Shown: piece after piece, positions 1 to 9,327 of the stretch
Layout of the letters: every line of letters begins with the position of its first letter
Numbering within the stretch: the first letter of the stretch is position 1
Origin: a virus
Taxonomy: Duplodnaviria > Caudoviricetes
Reading direction: 5' to 3' (one strand)
Virus record (IMG/VR): IMGVR_UViG_3300031957_001318
Span: 1-54,503 of that record
Length of the DNA stretch: 54,503 nt
Notes under the pieces: model-generated
What the model saw: the letters and a program-made list of their open reading frames with translations, nothing else
Database searches by the model: none
What the model was told of the DNA's origin: nothing
Program-made: the position numbers and the translations under genes

Positions 1-91
1 TCCGATAATTATAGCAATCACCGCGTCTATTGTCAGTCCGGCCCATAAAGCGCTTTCCATCAAACCAAGAAACCAATCCACCATAAGAGCC
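1..91. repeat. Terminal direct repeat, left copy (circular-assembly overlap)
   Basis: 1-91 is identical to 54413-54503 (tccgataatt...cataagagcc). Confidence 0.97.
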
Positions 92-400
92 AATCAATAC
101 CGCTAATATCGCGGCAATGTCGGACAAGACAAATGGTAGCGAGCCAACATACACTTCCGCGCCAATCAATCTGGCGATAGGGTAACACAACCCCGAGGCG
201 ATTACAAGCGCCCCCGCAAGCTGTTCCCTGAGATGGATTATGATAAACGTACCCACGATATTCCACATGGCGAATTTAAGCAGGGTGTAGTCTGGTAGGA
301 TTTGCGCCATAGCATAGCCGCCAAGAACAGCGACGGCCACGCCAGATTTAGACAGCGCCGCAACCACTGCGATTAGTGCAATGATGTACGGCCACACCAT
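1..400 (-). CDS. Multi-pass membrane protein, 142 aa, spanning the contig junction (continues 54412..54384)
   Basis: ATG at 400 abuts the stop of 401..619. The frame MVWPYIIALIAVVAALSK...RVEEKGR* stays open across the junction to TGA at 54384-54386 and has several hydrophobic segments. Not in the ORF track. Confidence 0.75.
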   Translation of the reverse strand, partial: MVWPYIIALIAVVAALSKSGVAVAVLGGYAMAQILPDYTLLKFAMWNIVGTFIIIHLREQLAGALVIASGLCYPIARLIGAEVYVGSLPFVLSDIAAILAVLIGSYGGLVSWFDGKRFMGRTDNRRGDCYNYR

Positions 401-619
401 TTATTTATCCCCAGCCTTCGCCGTAATCCCACCAACATTCATGGCGCGCCCGGTTGCCATGACGGCGCACAGATCACGCGCCATAGCCCAAGCCTGCGCG
501 CTACCGTCAAAGTCGCCACGCTGGCACAGATCGTCAGCCGCCGCGATAGCTTCATTGACCATGCGACGTGTCTGCCGCGCGCCCCGGTTTAGTTGCTCTT
601 GATATTCACTCATTGCCAT
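401..619 (-). CDS. Hypothetical protein
   Basis: AGGA RBS; tightly packed between tail genes and the membrane-protein gene. Confidence 0.6.
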   Translation of the reverse strand: MAMSEYQEQLNRGARQTRRMVNEAIAAADDLCQRGDFDGSAQAWAMARDLCAVMATGRAMNVGGITAKAGDK

Positions 620-627
620 TTCCTATG

Positions 628-1116
628 TTAAGCCAATCCGCCCATGATCCAGACAGCGGCGTTGCGTGATCCACCACCATTGAGGCGAATTTGGAATGCG
701 TTAAATCCTGACGGAACCGTGATGCTGTCAACCGTCCCATCATGCAAGGTTACATTACCCGCATCAGTGTCAACGATTGCGTACTCCCCGGCTGCGCTAA
801 CCTGCGTAGAGAAAATTTGGTTAACGCCATACGACGAACCGCCGTCCGTCGAGAAAGCGATAGCGTCAAAAAGTTGCCCGCAATAATCAAGTCGCAAAAC
901 CTTTACACGCTCTGCAACTACGCTGGTAGCGCCGGAACCGCCATAAGTATTCCTGCGCCCCAACCAAAGATTATCAAGCGCGATCCCCTGAACCTTTGGC
1001 GCACCTGTAGCCCCGCCCGCCATTTCAATGGGGTTGTCTCTGTTCTGATACATCAACTGCGACGTTAGTGGCGCGTCGGGGTCAATCTGCGTATCGGTAA
1101 TCGGAATGTAAGCCAT
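628..1116 (-). CDS. Putative tail tip/fibre-associated protein
   Basis: Follows the tail hub gene; N-terminus MAYIPITDTQIDPDAPLT resembles tail-tip adaptors; beta-rich C-terminus. Confidence 0.55.
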   Translation of the reverse strand: MAYIPITDTQIDPDAPLTSQLMYQNRDNPIEMAGGATGAPKVQGIALDNLWLGRRNTYGGSGATSVVAERVKVLRLDYCGQLFDAIAFSTDGGSSYGVNQIFSTQVSAAGEYAIVDTDAGNVTLHDGTVDSITVPSGFNAFQIRLNGGGSRNAAVWIMGGLA

Positions 1117-2889
1117 TTAGATAATCACATACGGGCCTGTGCCGTCTCCAAACAAAAGCGTTCCTTCATCAACCATGTAAGCGCCTCTCGCTTTTTGCGC
1201 TGCCGTACTTGAGCTATACACCGGCCTTGTGTTTTCTGTGATGTACGCATAACGCTTATCGAATGGGAACCGCTGCATTGTCAGCTTGACGCGATGCCCT
1301 TCAATAACATCTTCGCGCATTGTAACTTGCGACAGGAATTGCTGCAATTCGCCAGTAGGGGACTGAGACACATTGGAGCGCAAATCAACCACGTCAGCGA
1401 CTTCCAAGTTATCCTTGTAATCGACGGTCAATTCTGTCCTAACCGGAGCGCGTCGAAACCGATCAAGCAACCGCAGTGACAAAATACGCGCGTTCGCATC
1501 ATCGCCATGGTTAAACCAGCGAAAATTAACCGTCTTGAATTTAACGTCCCCGTATGCCTGTGGAAGCTTCTCTACAATGGACCCATTGACATAGCCACGC
1601 GAAAAGTTATTGTCGGACAGGTTTCGAGACGGATCAATCTGAACCGTGTTAAAGATTACGTCCGTGATTCGTTCATCGTCACGGTCCTCTTGCGATGCCT
1701 CAATAACAGCGTTATCGTCAGTGATTAAATACAACGTATCCGTGTCAACTGGCCGGTTCATGCGAAGTCGGATTTTCTGGTTTACGTCATCCCACCAGAT
1801 CGTAACACCCGCAACAGTGATTTCCTCAATCAGTGACGCAACACCAGTCGGCTTTAGAATGTCCGTTGTCAGTACCGTTGATGGTGCCCAACGTGAAACC
1901 TCTTGCTGCCAATCTGCGAAAGTGATAAACGACGGATCGATACCCGCGTAATTCACAAGCAAGTCATAGATCACGTCATCAATACGCTGCCTGCGTGGTG
2001 AGAACGTCAATTGGAACGTGTCATCAACGCTATGTGATGCAATGGACGTTCCAGAAACGCCGCGCTCAGTAACGGTGATAGTATCGCCTGACCGCGTAAA
2101 CTTGATAATCTCGGAGCCGATAGCCGCAAAGCCGCTAGTCGGATACCCATCCGAGGCAGCGATGCCAGCGGGCGTTAGGTTGAACACAGGGTAAACCGTA
2201 GCCGTGTCAATATCGGTGTCAATCTTGGCGCGCGACTGTGCGGGCGCTACGGCTTTGTCATCGTCTGCAAGTTTAAGAATGTCCTTGCCCGTTACAGTGA
2301 CGCGACCCCCATTATCCGATACCTTCATTTCCGTAATTATGAAATGCCGGGTTGACGTGATCGTAACAACGCCATCTTTGATGTACCCCGTAACCTTGCG
2401 CATAGGACGCCCGGCATAGTTAGGGTTGCGTGCCCGTAGACGCCCCCAGAACGTGCCAACGTCTTTCGGATTGTAGCCCACGCCGCTTAGCTGTGCCGCG
2501 CCCGAGATGCGCTCAGACTGGTACTTGTCGCAAAACCTGTCATGGTATGGGAAGTCAGTGAATGTGGCAGTGATCTTACCCCGCTCACCAAGGCCATACA
2601 TCCGTTCGTCAGAACCGGCGATGTTTGCCTTGGCACTACTGCCAGACACAGACACAAGGCAAGGGAATGTAGTCTGCCCCTTCGGATAGTTACTGCGCGG
2701 CGTTACGAATTTATACGTCTTGACAATCTTGTCATAATTCTCTTGATCGGCGCACGTAAAGAACGTATTGAAGCACTTATACGCCACAGACCCGCCGAGT
2801 GCAGCCGTGCATGGCGCAACACCAAACGTCCTAGAGCAGTAGTCTAGATCAAGCTCAATGGATTCGAATGGTTCCTCATTGCTCGACAT
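1117..2889 (-). CDS. Tail tip/hub protein
   Basis: 590 aa, second gene after the tape measure; Cys-rich N-terminus (YCSRTFGVAPC...KCFNTFFTC) typical of siphovirus tip proteins. Confidence 0.7.
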   Translation of the reverse strand: MSSNEEPFESIELDLDYCSRTFGVAPCTAALGGSVAYKCFNTFFTCADQENYDKIVKTYKFVTPRSNYPKGQTTFPCLVSVSGSSAKANIAGSDERMYGLGERGKITATFTDFPYHDRFCDKYQSERISGAAQLSGVGYNPKDVGTFWGRLRARNPNYAGRPMRKVTGYIKDGVVTITSTRHFIITEMKVSDNGGRVTVTGKDILKLADDDKAVAPAQSRAKIDTDIDTATVYPVFNLTPAGIAASDGYPTSGFAAIGSEIIKFTRSGDTITVTERGVSGTSIASHSVDDTFQLTFSPRRQRIDDVIYDLLVNYAGIDPSFITFADWQQEVSRWAPSTVLTTDILKPTGVASLIEEITVAGVTIWWDDVNQKIRLRMNRPVDTDTLYLITDDNAVIEASQEDRDDERITDVIFNTVQIDPSRNLSDNNFSRGYVNGSIVEKLPQAYGDVKFKTVNFRWFNHGDDANARILSLRLLDRFRRAPVRTELTVDYKDNLEVADVVDLRSNVSQSPTGELQQFLSQVTMREDVIEGHRVKLTMQRFPFDKRYAYITENTRPVYSSSTAAQKARGAYMVDEGTLLFGDGTGPYVII

Positions 2890-3673
2890 AAGCGCTCACA
2901 TCCATTGATACAGACATCAAAACCCCGCCTTCTTCATACGTTGGCGACAACTCACCCCCACGCTCTGGACGCCAGCAATATCCCATGTCTTCCGGCATGA
3001 AGTCAGGGTTACCCGCATAAAAGAATGTTCTGCCAGAATTATAGTGATCCTCAAAAACGGCCATGTCGTTATCCACAAAGTCACGTTCCAGCAATCCAAA
3101 ATCAATCGTCGTTTCAGCACCAATACGCTTAATCCGGTTGCCAAGGAATTGCCCGCCAATACTGGTAGAGTTTAGCAGTTCAATCTTCTTGCCGTGATTG
3201 ATGGACAGGTGCCCAGAAATAACACCGCCGTCAATAACCAACCGCCTGCCAAGCTTAATGACACCAATGGATGCAGGCCCGTTGAAAATGTTAAACCGCC
3301 AATACCTAGAGAACGTAAGCGGAAACAGAACAATGATCGTATCATCTGTTAGCGGGCTAAGGAAAACACCAATGGCGGTGTATGTAACCCCGTCCGTCGA
3401 TGTTTGAAGCGTGAAATTAGCCCCCTGCGTTGCCATGTCGTGCGCGGCTATGCACAAGCAATCCGCACCGGCTGAAAAACCACGGTCTACCGTGATGCTA
3501 GCAGATGCAACAGCGGGCGTCCAGAAGTCAAAGGTCGTGTCCTCAATCGCATTAGCGCCTTGGCCGTCACTCGTTTCGCTTGAAACAGTAATAGTCCCAT
3601 CTTCGAACAAGTTACTATACAGCAGCATCGGCTTATCTGTGTCGGTCGCGCCGGATTTGATTTCCATTGTCAT
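2876..3673 (-). CDS. Distal tail-like structural protein
   Basis: Directly downstream of the tape measure gene; beta-sandwich-like RYWRF motif. Confidence 0.6.
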   Translation of the reverse strand: MTMEIKSGATDTDKPMLLYSNLFEDGTITVSSETSDGQGANAIEDTTFDFWTPAVASASITVDRGFSAGADCLCIAAHDMATQGANFTLQTSTDGVTYTAIGVFLSPLTDDTIIVLFPLTFSRYWRFNIFNGPASIGVIKLGRRLVIDGGVISGHLSINHGKKIELLNSTSIGGQFLGNRIKRIGAETTIDFGLLERDFVDNDMAVFEDHYNSGRTFFYAGNPDFMPEDMGYCWRPERGGELSPTYEEGGVLMSVSMDVSAYVEQ

Positions 3674-3676
3674 GAT

Positions 3677-5686
3677 TTATCGCCTGTTGAAAATAACGCG
3701 GCCATCGCCCGACGCTTCATAAAGTTGGTTCGTCCAATCCTCAAACATATCCCGCGCCCAATCCGGCCCGTCAAATGATACCAGAATAGTCCTGCGCGGC
3801 TCCCTTGGTGCCGTTGTGCCAGCGCTGGAACCGCCACCAGCACCGCCGCCGCCGCTTCCTTGTGGGTTCTGGCTTGCGATATTGGCAATCATCGCGCCGG
3901 TCTTGGCGAGCGATGCGGCAGATGCAGCAGCAGCAAGTGGTGGACCGCCAAACTTCATCCCCCAACGCCAAGCGGAAACAGCGGATTCCCAGCCTTCCAT
4001 TACCGCGTTAGCAATTGCTGCCGCCTGACCGATGCGGAATAGCTTCATGCTTTCCGTTTGCATTAGGCTAGACAGGTCGCCAAACATGGTACGATAACCA
4101 GACATACGCTCTTCGCGTTCTGCGCTCCTGATTTCCGCCATGCGGTCTTGGTATTCCTGCTCAATACGAAGGCGCGCCTCGTTATGCCCGCCAATCGCGG
4201 CAAGCTCGCTTTCATTGTATTGCGCCAGCAAGTCTAGCTGTTCCGTGCGCCATGCTTGTAGCGCCTCGGATTCCGTCCGCAGCCCTTCAATGAATTGATC
4301 TAGCTGCGACTGCCGTTGATCCGTGCCACCGCCACCACCAGCGTCAAGTCCTAATGGATCAGTCTCACCAAGCAATAGATTAGGGTCGCGCTCTTTAGCC
4401 GCCGCAGATGCAGCCCCAGCCGCTTCTAGAAGAACGTCGCGCAGGACAATAGCGCGGTCAATAGCGTTAGTGAACCAAGCGCCACCATTCGAAATGGACC
4501 GGAACCGCTCAGCAGTAACAGCCGCCTCGGACGTCTTGATTTCCAATTGCAGCATTTCCGACAACGCGTTTTGGATGCCGACAGGCAATTGCGACATTGA
4601 GATATTGTTCGCCTCGATAAAACCCTGCATCCGACGCAATGCGGCTGTTTGCTGATCAAACGTGCGCGCAGTGCCGATAGCCTGCATGATTTCTTCAAGT
4701 TCAAACGCTTGCGCCCGCGTTACGTCAAACGCTTGCTCAATGCGCAAGATAGCATCACGCAAAGCAGGCCCGGACGCCGCAAGCGCGTAATATTCCCGTG
4801 TCGCATCCGCAGCAAGAGCGGCTTGTTCGCGTAGGGTTCTTTCGATCTCGGCAATCTGCAATTGGCTTAGAGCCTGCGCGGCCTGCCTGACTGATTCCGC
4901 ATACTGGCCATATCTTTCCGTCAATTCCTCAACTGACATACGCAGGATTTCGCCAGTCTGCTGCAGTCCAGATTGCAATTCACTAAGACGGTCCATGCGG
5001 TCACTTAGTGTTTCCGCTTCATCCCCCGCACCGATTGCGGAAATAACCCACTGACCAAGAGCCGCAGCGCCAGCAATAACACCAATCGTCACAAGAGACG
5101 TGGGGTTAACCAGCCCCATTAGGCCGCCACGAAGAGCGGAAAACGCAGATTGCCCTTCCAGCTTCATTTGATTGAAAATACCTGCAACCTGCGTACCTTG
5201 CTGCATGGCGAGGATCAGCGGGCTTTGCCCGCTCGCCATCATCATGGCGATATCTTGAAACTGGAATCCCATGTTCAGGATGTGGCGGTTCGCAGCACCA
5301 ACCTGAGTGCCCATAACACCAGCCGCAGCGCCCGTTGCAAGATAGCCTTGTTGCAACTGTTCTAGCGCCGCATCGGCCTGTTGACTTGAAAGCACCCCCA
5401 ATTGAACAGCGCGCGCGACTTCTTGCTGCGCATTGGCATATGCAAGCTCAGCAGATAGCGCAGTATTGTATTTAGCGGCAAGTTGTTCAATTTCGCGGGC
5501 GTTATCAGCAGCAGCGCGGGCGTTACTGATAAACCGACCATCAGCAGACCGGAACCTAGTGACCAGCTTTGCAGCCCCAATAGCAGCCTTACCCGCCGCC
5601 TGTTCCATGGTCAGAAGGTTGCGCGCGGCACTCAAAGCCTGAGTGCTATCAATCTCAAAACCAAGGCGCGCAATATCGTCAGCCAT
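3677..5686 (-). CDS. Tail tape measure protein
   Basis: 669 aa, Ala-rich and helical; MADDIARLGFEIDS start; lambda-type QFQDIAMMMASGQSPLILAMQQGTQ segment; follows the chaperone genes. Confidence 0.9.
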   Translation of the reverse strand: MADDIARLGFEIDSTQALSAARNLLTMEQAAGKAAIGAAKLVTRFRSADGRFISNARAAADNAREIEQLAAKYNTALSAELAYANAQQEVARAVQLGVLSSQQADAALEQLQQGYLATGAAAGVMGTQVGAANRHILNMGFQFQDIAMMMASGQSPLILAMQQGTQVAGIFNQMKLEGQSAFSALRGGLMGLVNPTSLVTIGVIAGAAALGQWVISAIGAGDEAETLSDRMDRLSELQSGLQQTGEILRMSVEELTERYGQYAESVRQAAQALSQLQIAEIERTLREQAALAADATREYYALAASGPALRDAILRIEQAFDVTRAQAFELEEIMQAIGTARTFDQQTAALRRMQGFIEANNISMSQLPVGIQNALSEMLQLEIKTSEAAVTAERFRSISNGGAWFTNAIDRAIVLRDVLLEAAGAASAAAKERDPNLLLGETDPLGLDAGGGGGTDQRQSQLDQFIEGLRTESEALQAWRTEQLDLLAQYNESELAAIGGHNEARLRIEQEYQDRMAEIRSAEREERMSGYRTMFGDLSSLMQTESMKLFRIGQAAAIANAVMEGWESAVSAWRWGMKFGGPPLAAAASAASLAKTGAMIANIASQNPQGSGGGGAGGGSSAGTTAPREPRRTILVSFDGPDWARDMFEDWTNQLYEASGDGRVIFNRR

Positions 5687-6074
5687 TCTTACCTAACCTT
5701 GCCTTTTCGTTTTCAGCCTGCCGCGCCCTCCAAGCTGACCGATACGCATTATCCATTCGATAGATTATATCGCGCTCATGCCGATCTAGCAAAAAGCCAC
5801 GATCCGCGCAATAATCCGCCATCATGCTTGGATTTATTGCCGTTTCATTTCCGTAGAACCTGCGCAACTCCCAAAACACATCAACGTATTTTTGAGCATC
5901 CCAGCTTACCGAGTAATCTTCAATCCTATCGCCGCGCCCAGATGCCTGATAATAGCTGCGCTGTGTGTGGTATTCACCGCTACCCTTGCGCTTTTCCCAA
6001 TGGGTATGAGTTTCCCAATAAACCCACCGTTCAGCGTAACGAACGCATTGCGCCGTTACGCTTTGGTAAAATCC
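5679..6074 (-). CDS. Tail assembly chaperone GT, C-terminal part (probably reached by -1 frameshift)
   Basis: The frame is open from the GGATTTT site (6074-6068) to the stop at 5679 and lies in the -1 frame relative to 6056..6487. Confidence 0.7.
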   Translation of the reverse strand, partial: GFYQSVTAQCVRYAERWVYWETHTHWEKRKGSGEYHTQRSYYQASGRGDRIEDYSVSWDAQKYVDVFWELRRFYGNETAINPSMMADYCADRGFLLDRHERDIIYRMDNAYRSAWRARQAENEKARLGKNG

Positions 6075-6487
6075 GTGATCTTGGCAACCCCTGCGACAAG
6101 CTGGCGCTTCATTTCTGCAACGGACGTGATAACCTTAAGAACGTTCGCGCGGGAGAATTTAGTATCAAGATCACCTAGCTTCTTATCGCCCCAATCCCAA
6201 TCCACAACGCACGTAGCAAGTTGTTCGTCGCTAGGAATGATGCCGCTAATCATGGCAACCACTTCCCCGCCGTCTTCATCCGTCACCTCTTTGCCCGCAA
6301 CCCACTTCCGGCCAAGCAACTCTTTCTGCTTGCGTTCCGCAATCGCAATGGCGTCAGGGTTACGAACGGAGCGGATTTTCCAAACAATGCCCGTCCCCAC
6401 TTCTTCGCCCGTCTCAGGATCACGCCCCTTAATCTCCAGATCAAAAACAGCATCATCCTGCTTGAACAGGTTGCTAATATCAGTCAA
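6056..6487 (-). CDS. Tail assembly chaperone (gpG-like)
   Basis: Between the major tail and tape measure genes; GGAGG RBS with TTG start. Confidence 0.75.
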   Translation of the reverse strand: MTDISNLFKQDDAVFDLEIKGRDPETGEEVGTGIVWKIRSVRNPDAIAIAERKQKELLGRKWVAGKEVTDEDGGEVVAMISGIIPSDEQLATCVVDWDWGDKKLGDLDTKFSRANVLKVITSVAEMKRQLVAGVAKITDFTKA

Positions 6488-6506
6488 AGTAACCTCCTTA
6501 GTTTAT

Positions 6507-6986
6507 TTAGATAAGCTCCGGATCAGCCACAATAGGCGCTTGGTTTAGGCCAAGCTGGAACGTCTCGTTGTCGAAATCCTCACCGCCACCGCCGGTGAAG
6601 TTAGGACCACCCACGATACCCCGCGAATACCGAATGGTGTTGGTGTACAGTGCGCTAGGAGCATCGGCGCTTTCCAGCTTGAACGCATAGTTAAACCGCG
6701 TCCCTGCAGCAGTACGAAGCGCATCTTGGCCCGTGTCTTCGTAGTCACGCCCGACCACAATTTCAGTGTCCGACGCCATACGGTAGCCTTTTTTCTTTTG
6801 GCTAACGTCAGTACCGATGTAGTCCTGCGATACGATATTGTCCGTCACGCCGAAGTCAGGCAGCGTTACCACGTTGCCAATTTCCACCCAAGTAAGCGCC
6901 TCAAACCCCGCAAGGTTAAGGTCAGCCGCTTGGGCAGTAGCGCAAATGTACAGTTTACTCTCGCGTTTGATGCCAGTATCGGCCAT
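6507..6986 (-). CDS. Major tail (tube) protein
   Basis: LTWVEIGNVVTLPDFG and GQDALRTAA..YAFK motifs typical of siphovirus tail tubes; synteny. Confidence 0.8.
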   Translation of the reverse strand: MADTGIKRESKLYICATAQAADLNLAGFEALTWVEIGNVVTLPDFGVTDNIVSQDYIGTDVSQKKKGYRMASDTEIVVGRDYEDTGQDALRTAAGTRFNYAFKLESADAPSALYTNTIRYSRGIVGGPNFTGGGGEDFDNETFQLGLNQAPIVADPELI

Positions 6987-7018
6987 CCTCTTTCCTTCGC
7001 TAAGTTAGAATTTCATGC

Positions 7019-7052
7019 TTGACAGTATACCCGTGGTCGTGCTATCTAGCAA
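7019..7052. promoter_or_regulatory. Overlapping divergent sigma70-like promoters
   Basis: Plus: TTGACA(7019)-18-TATCTA with extended TG. Minus: TTGCTA(7052-7047)-17-TATACT, facing the major tail gene. Confidence 0.6.
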
Positions 7053-7081
7053 AGCAGGCATAGAACATAGGAGGTTTTGCC

Positions 7082-7396
7082 ATGAGTGAGTACAAGGTTG
7101 GTGATCGTGTGCGACTTCGGCCACATGCTCGGTTTATGAATAATGACATATGTACTGTTTTTAGGGTTTACGATAATCCAAGATGGCCTTTAGATATCCT
7201 TTGTGATAATGGACGTTACACATTTTCTATTTCAAGCGACAACATCGAACCCTACACCGACCCCGAACCCACCACACCCGACCACATCACCCAACTGCGC
7301 GCCATGACCGAGGACGCGCTATCCAAGGGCGACTACAACCAAGCCGCTATCCTCGCAAACGCACTGGCGCAACTCACCCCCAAGCCCACCACCTGA
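7082..7396 (+). CDS. Hypothetical protein, SH3/KOW-like N-terminus (antisense cassette)
   Basis: AGGAGG RBS; YKVGDRVR motif; own promoter. Confidence 0.75.
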   Translation: MSEYKVGDRVRLRPHARFMNNDICTVFRVYDNPRWPLDILCDNGRYTFSISSDNIEPYTDPEPTTPDHITQLRAMTEDALSKGDYNQAAILANALAQLTPKPTT

Positions 7397-7802
7397 CTTC
7401 AACCGGCAACCGCATCATACCAATCGCGTCATCACGATACGCGGAACCTGCGACAAATGGGGTTTCGCGTATCTTCACGTTTAGGTCTGAATATGTCAGC
7501 CGCAAGTCTTTAGGAAAATGCGCGCGGATCAAGCCAACCACGCCCATGCGCTGCATATGCGTCCAAGTCATCGGCGTGAGGACTGACACCATGAATGTAC
7601 CACGATGAAAGTCTGGCGCGTCTGTTGTAACGTACTCGCGCGACGGATCAAACCGCACGTCATCCGTTAGCAAGAACGCGGTATTTGCAGGCGGGTCATA
7701 TGTCTCGCCCGGTTCGCTGATGTAGTAGCCGCCTGACATGGATGCGAGGCGGTCGCGTAGGGCGGCGTAGATTTTCGCGTCTAGGTTTGTGATTAGTGGC
7801 AT
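7374..7802 (-). CDS. Tail terminator / tail completion protein
   Basis: Synteny just upstream of the major tail gene; size and RGTFMVSV...AHFPKD pattern. Confidence 0.7.
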   Translation of the reverse strand: MPLITNLDAKIYAALRDRLASMSGGYYISEPGETYDPPANTAFLLTDDVRFDPSREYVTTDAPDFHRGTFMVSVLTPMTWTHMQRMGVVGLIRAHFPKDLRLTYSDLNVKIRETPFVAGSAYRDDAIGMMRLPVEVRWWAWG

Positions 7803-7820
7803 TATTGGCTCCGATGGGGA

Positions 7821-7860
7821 TTGACAGGCGAATTGTCATAGTGTAAGGATAGCGTGTCAA
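7821..7860. promoter_or_regulatory. Overlapping divergent promoters
   Basis: TTGACA at 7821 (plus, 17 bp to TAAGGA) and TGTCAA at 7855-7860 (minus TTGACA-17-GACAAT). Confidence 0.6.
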
Positions 7861-7873
7861 ATAGGAGGTTACT

Positions 7874-8770
7874 ATGACACAGTTTGTTAAGTACATGCAT
7901 CTTGAGCGTTTTGGCTCTGATGAAGTTGATGGCATTGAAGTGGGTAAAACTCTTGTGTTTCCGAAACTTGACGGCACCAATGCACAGGTTTGGCTGAATG
8001 AGGATGGCTCTATCGGATGCGGTTCGCGGAACCGTGTTCTGTCCGTTGATGCTGACAACGCCGGGTTTATGAATTGGGCGATTGATCAGCAGAATATCAA
8101 ACAGTACCTTACGTCGCATCCGAACCATACGCTTTACGGTGAATGGCTTGTCCCGCATAGTCTGAAAACGTACCGCGACGACGCTTGGCGTCGGTTCTAT
8201 GTGTTTGATGTTTTCGACCACGCGGACGGGCGGTTTATCCCGTATGACGATTACAAGGATGGCATCGAGCGGCATGGCCTTGACTTTGTAACGCCAATCG
8301 CCATCGTCAAAAACGGCAGCTTTGATAAGTACCTGCAATGCCTTGACCACAACACGTTTGCCATTAAGGACGGTGAAGGTATTGGCGAAGGTGTCGTTAT
8401 CAAGAACTACGACTTTGAAAACAAGTATGGCCGCGTCGTGTGGGCGAAGATCGTTACCACGGCATTCAAGGAAATGCACGTTGCGGCGATGGGCGCGGCT
8501 GAGATTGGCGGTCTTTGCGTCGAGGAAATCATTGTCAACGATTGCGTCACCAAGCATCTTGTCGATAAAACTCACGCCAAGATTGAAGCCCAAAATTTCG
8601 GCTGGAATAGCAAGATGATCCCGCAACTTCTCGGTATGGTCTGGCATGATCTTATCACCGAGGAAATTTGGGATATTCTGAAGAAACATAAGAACCCGCG
8701 TATTGACTTCCGTGCGTTGCAGCGGTTTTGCATTGCTAAGGTAAAAGAGCTAAGATCGGACTTGTTCTAA
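7874..8770 (+). CDS. ATP-dependent RNA ligase (Rnl2-like nucleotidyltransferase)
   Basis: Motif I KLDGTN, III YGEW, IIIa FYVFDV, IV GEGVVIK, V WAKIV; AGGAGG RBS. Confidence 0.85.
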   Translation: MTQFVKYMHLERFGSDEVDGIEVGKTLVFPKLDGTNAQVWLNEDGSIGCGSRNRVLSVDADNAGFMNWAIDQQNIKQYLTSHPNHTLYGEWLVPHSLKTYRDDAWRRFYVFDVFDHADGRFIPYDDYKDGIERHGLDFVTPIAIVKNGSFDKYLQCLDHNTFAIKDGEGIGEGVVIKNYDFENKYGRVVWAKIVTTAFKEMHVAAMGAAEIGGLCVEEIIVNDCVTKHLVDKTHAKIEAQNFGWNSKMIPQLLGMVWHDLITEEIWDILKKHKNPRIDFRALQRFCIAKVKELRSDLF

Positions 8771-8777
8771 TCTTACT

Positions 8778-8853
8778 TGCTGGGTAGCTCAGATGGTAGA
8801 GCGTCCGACTGTTAATCGGATGGTCGCGGGTTCGATCCCCGCCCCAGCAGCCA
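8778..8853 (+). tRNA. tRNA-Asn (GTT)
   Basis: Full cloverleaf: acceptor TGCTGGG/CCCAGCA, D-arm GCTC/GAGC, anticodon stem TCCGA/TCGGA with loop CTGTTAA, T-arm GGTTCGATCC, G73 and encoded CCA. Confidence 0.96.
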
Positions 8854-9327
8854 TTACCTTCCCATAGCACTGTTAAACAATCTGGATGCGGCATTGCGCA
8901 TGATGCTGCGATAACGCGCGCCAACGCTTTCCACCCAAAATTTGCCGGGCTGGCTGTACAGCCTGCCGAGACTGTCCACCCCGTGGAAGCCATAATTCTG
9001 GCGCATCGCATAGTTGGCTTGATAAACCATTGTGCATTTATCGCCAAGCTTCAATGAACCTATAACATCAAGTGCGCGCTGGTCATTGTACACCGACCCA
9101 TAAGCGGCATTAGGTCCAGCGGGGATTACGCCATTCTTCCCAGCCGTGAGACTAGACCGCAGAAACCCCGTCAAAATAGGTGTTGCATCACGAAGCGCAA
9201 TGAAATAATCAAGCATCCCTAACTGAAACGCTTCCTCGCTTCGTTCCGTTGTTTCCTTTGTCCATTTTCGGACGGACTGTAAAAAACCGCGACTAGTGCC
9301 GAGGTTTCCACCCCTCATCCGTACCAT
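8854..9327 (-). CDS. HK97 gp10-like neck/tail completion protein
   Basis: TPILTGFLRSS and ANYAMRQNYG...QPGKFWVE motifs. Confidence 0.75.
   Translation of the reverse strand: MVRMRGGNLGTSRGFLQSVRKWTKETTERSEEAFQLGMLDYFIALRDATPILTGFLRSSLTAGKNGVIPAGPNAAYGSVYNDQRALDVIGSLKLGDKCTMVYQANYAMRQNYGFHGVDSLGRLYSQPGKFWVESVGARYRSIMRNAASRLFNSAMGR

Noticed and set aside
1-91. Biological terminal repeat (T7-like DTR)
   Set aside because: It falls inside a gene that reads through the junction; better explained as assembler overlap
60-266. 68-aa ORF from the track
   Set aside because: The alternative frame starting at 400 has a coupled start and TM segments and runs cleanly through the junction
7802-8689. 295-aa minus-strand ORF that would keep the structural strand continuous
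   Set aside because: Lies opposite the RNA ligase, which has all catalytic motifs, an RBS and a promoter
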